From the IMG/VR virus record IMGVR_UViG_2740892269_000012: a DNA stretch of 39,015 nucleotides, one strand, 5' to 3'. This DNA comes from a virus (Duplodnaviria; Heunggongvirae; Uroviricota; Caudoviricetes). Each line of letters opens with the position of its first letter. Position 1 is the stretch's first letter. This document shows positions 38,318 through 39,015 of the stretch, in pieces. The notes beneath the pieces were generated by a model. The model worked only from the letters and a program-made list of their open reading frames with translations. It made no database searches and was not told the origin of the DNA. The position numbers were made by a program, and so were the translations under genes.

Positions 38318-39015
38318 TGCAGGACATACAACAGGAAACGCTGAATGAATGCATTCGTGCGGAGCAGTCGGCCAGCGTGGTGCTCTGGGAAATCGACCTG
38401 ACCGAGGTAGGCGGGGATCGCTACTTTTTCTGCAATGAGCAGAACGAGAAAGGAGAGTCTGTCACCTGGCAGAGTCGGCAGTATCAGGCCTATCCCATTC
38501 AGGGGAGTGGATTTGAGATGAACGGCAAAGGTGCCAGTGCAAGGCCAACGCTGAAAGTCTCTAATCTGCACGGCATGGTCACCGGGATGGCGGAAGACCT
38601 GCAGAGTCTGGTCGGCGGAACGGTGGTCAGGCGTAAGGTTTACGCCCGTTTTCTGGATGCGGTGAACTTCGTCAACGGAAACAGTGACGCCGATCCGGAG
38701 CAGGAGGTGATCAGCCGCTGGCGTATTGAGCAGTGCAGCGAACTGAGCGCGGTCAGTGCCTCCTTTGTACTGTCCACGCCGACGGAAACGGACGGCGCTG
38801 TTTTTCCGGGGCGCATCATGCTTGCTAATACCTGCACCTGGACCTATCGCGGTGATGAGTGCGGTTATCACGGTCCGGCTGTCGCGGATGAATATGACCA
38901 GCCAACGTCCGATATCACGAAGGATAAATGCAGCAAATGCCTGAGCGGTTGTAAGTTCCGCAATAACGTCGGCAACTTTGGCGGCTTCCTTTCCATTAAC
39001 AAACTTTCGCAGTAA
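38317..39015 (+). CDS. Minor tail protein L (lambda gpL-like), 232 aa; window ends at its stop codon
   Basis: [47 protein letters not shown]... nearly identical to lambda gpL as recalled, including the C-terminal Cys cluster CSKCLSGCKF. Confidence 0.92.
   Translation: MQDIQQETLNECIRAEQSASVVLWEIDLTEVGGDRYFFCNEQNEKGESVTWQSRQYQAYPIQGSGFEMNGKGASARPTLKVSNLHGMVTGMAEDLQSLVGGTVVRRKVYARFLDAVNFVNGNSDADPEQEVISRWRIEQCSELSAVSASFVLSTPTETDGAVFPGRIMLANTCTWTYRGDECGYHGPAVADEYDQPTSDITKDKCSKCLSGCKFRNNVGNFGGFLSINKLSQ

Noticed and set aside
38293-38871. 192-aa minus-strand ORF overlapping gpL
   Set aside because: Antisense to a gene nearly identical to lambda gpL; spurious.
1-39015. CRISPR arrays, IS elements or transposases
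   Set aside because: No regularly spaced direct repeats with unique spacers, no terminal inverted repeats and no transposase-like ORF were seen.

Overview
This 39 kb window is almost entirely one lambdoid prophage of the E. coli Rac type, and it looks far more intact than the defective Rac of K-12. All identifications rest on reading the ORF translations and on my recollection of K-12 Rac, lambda and phage 21/DLP12 protein sequences; no database search was run. Reading left to right: integrase and excisionase (minus strand, window starts at the int stop codon), ydaC, a ralR toxin gene interrupted by an in-frame TGA, recT/recE, racC/ydaE/kilR, sieB, ydaF/ydaG, then an immunity switch (CI-like repressor, divergent Cro-like gene, ydaT) with repeated ATGTACT operator-like sites. 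Replication genes follow (ydaU, DnaC-like ydaV, DUF1627). Next is an AT-rich accessory island carrying a two-gene cassette of unknown function (my top candidate for an undescribed defence-type system), a small cupin-like gene and about 800 bp of AT-rich non-coding DNA. The late region has DUF1367, a YbcO-like protein, a putative Q antiterminator and a tR'-like terminator. In the slot where Stx phages carry toxin genes sit two tandem lipoproteins whose C-termini strongly resemble TolA domain III, with their own promoter and terminator (second candidate). Then come a phage-21-type lysis cassette (pinholin, SAR endolysin, Rz/Rz1), the trkG potassium-transporter moron, a ParB-like protein, a possible GT-A-like protein, terminase small and large subunits, portal, head morphogenesis protein, a 256-N assembly gap, major capsid, head-tail connectors, major tail protein, a G/GT tail chaperone with an A_AAA_AAG -1 slippery site, tape measure protein, and lambda-like gpM and gpL. 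No tRNA, rRNA or CRISPR array was seen.
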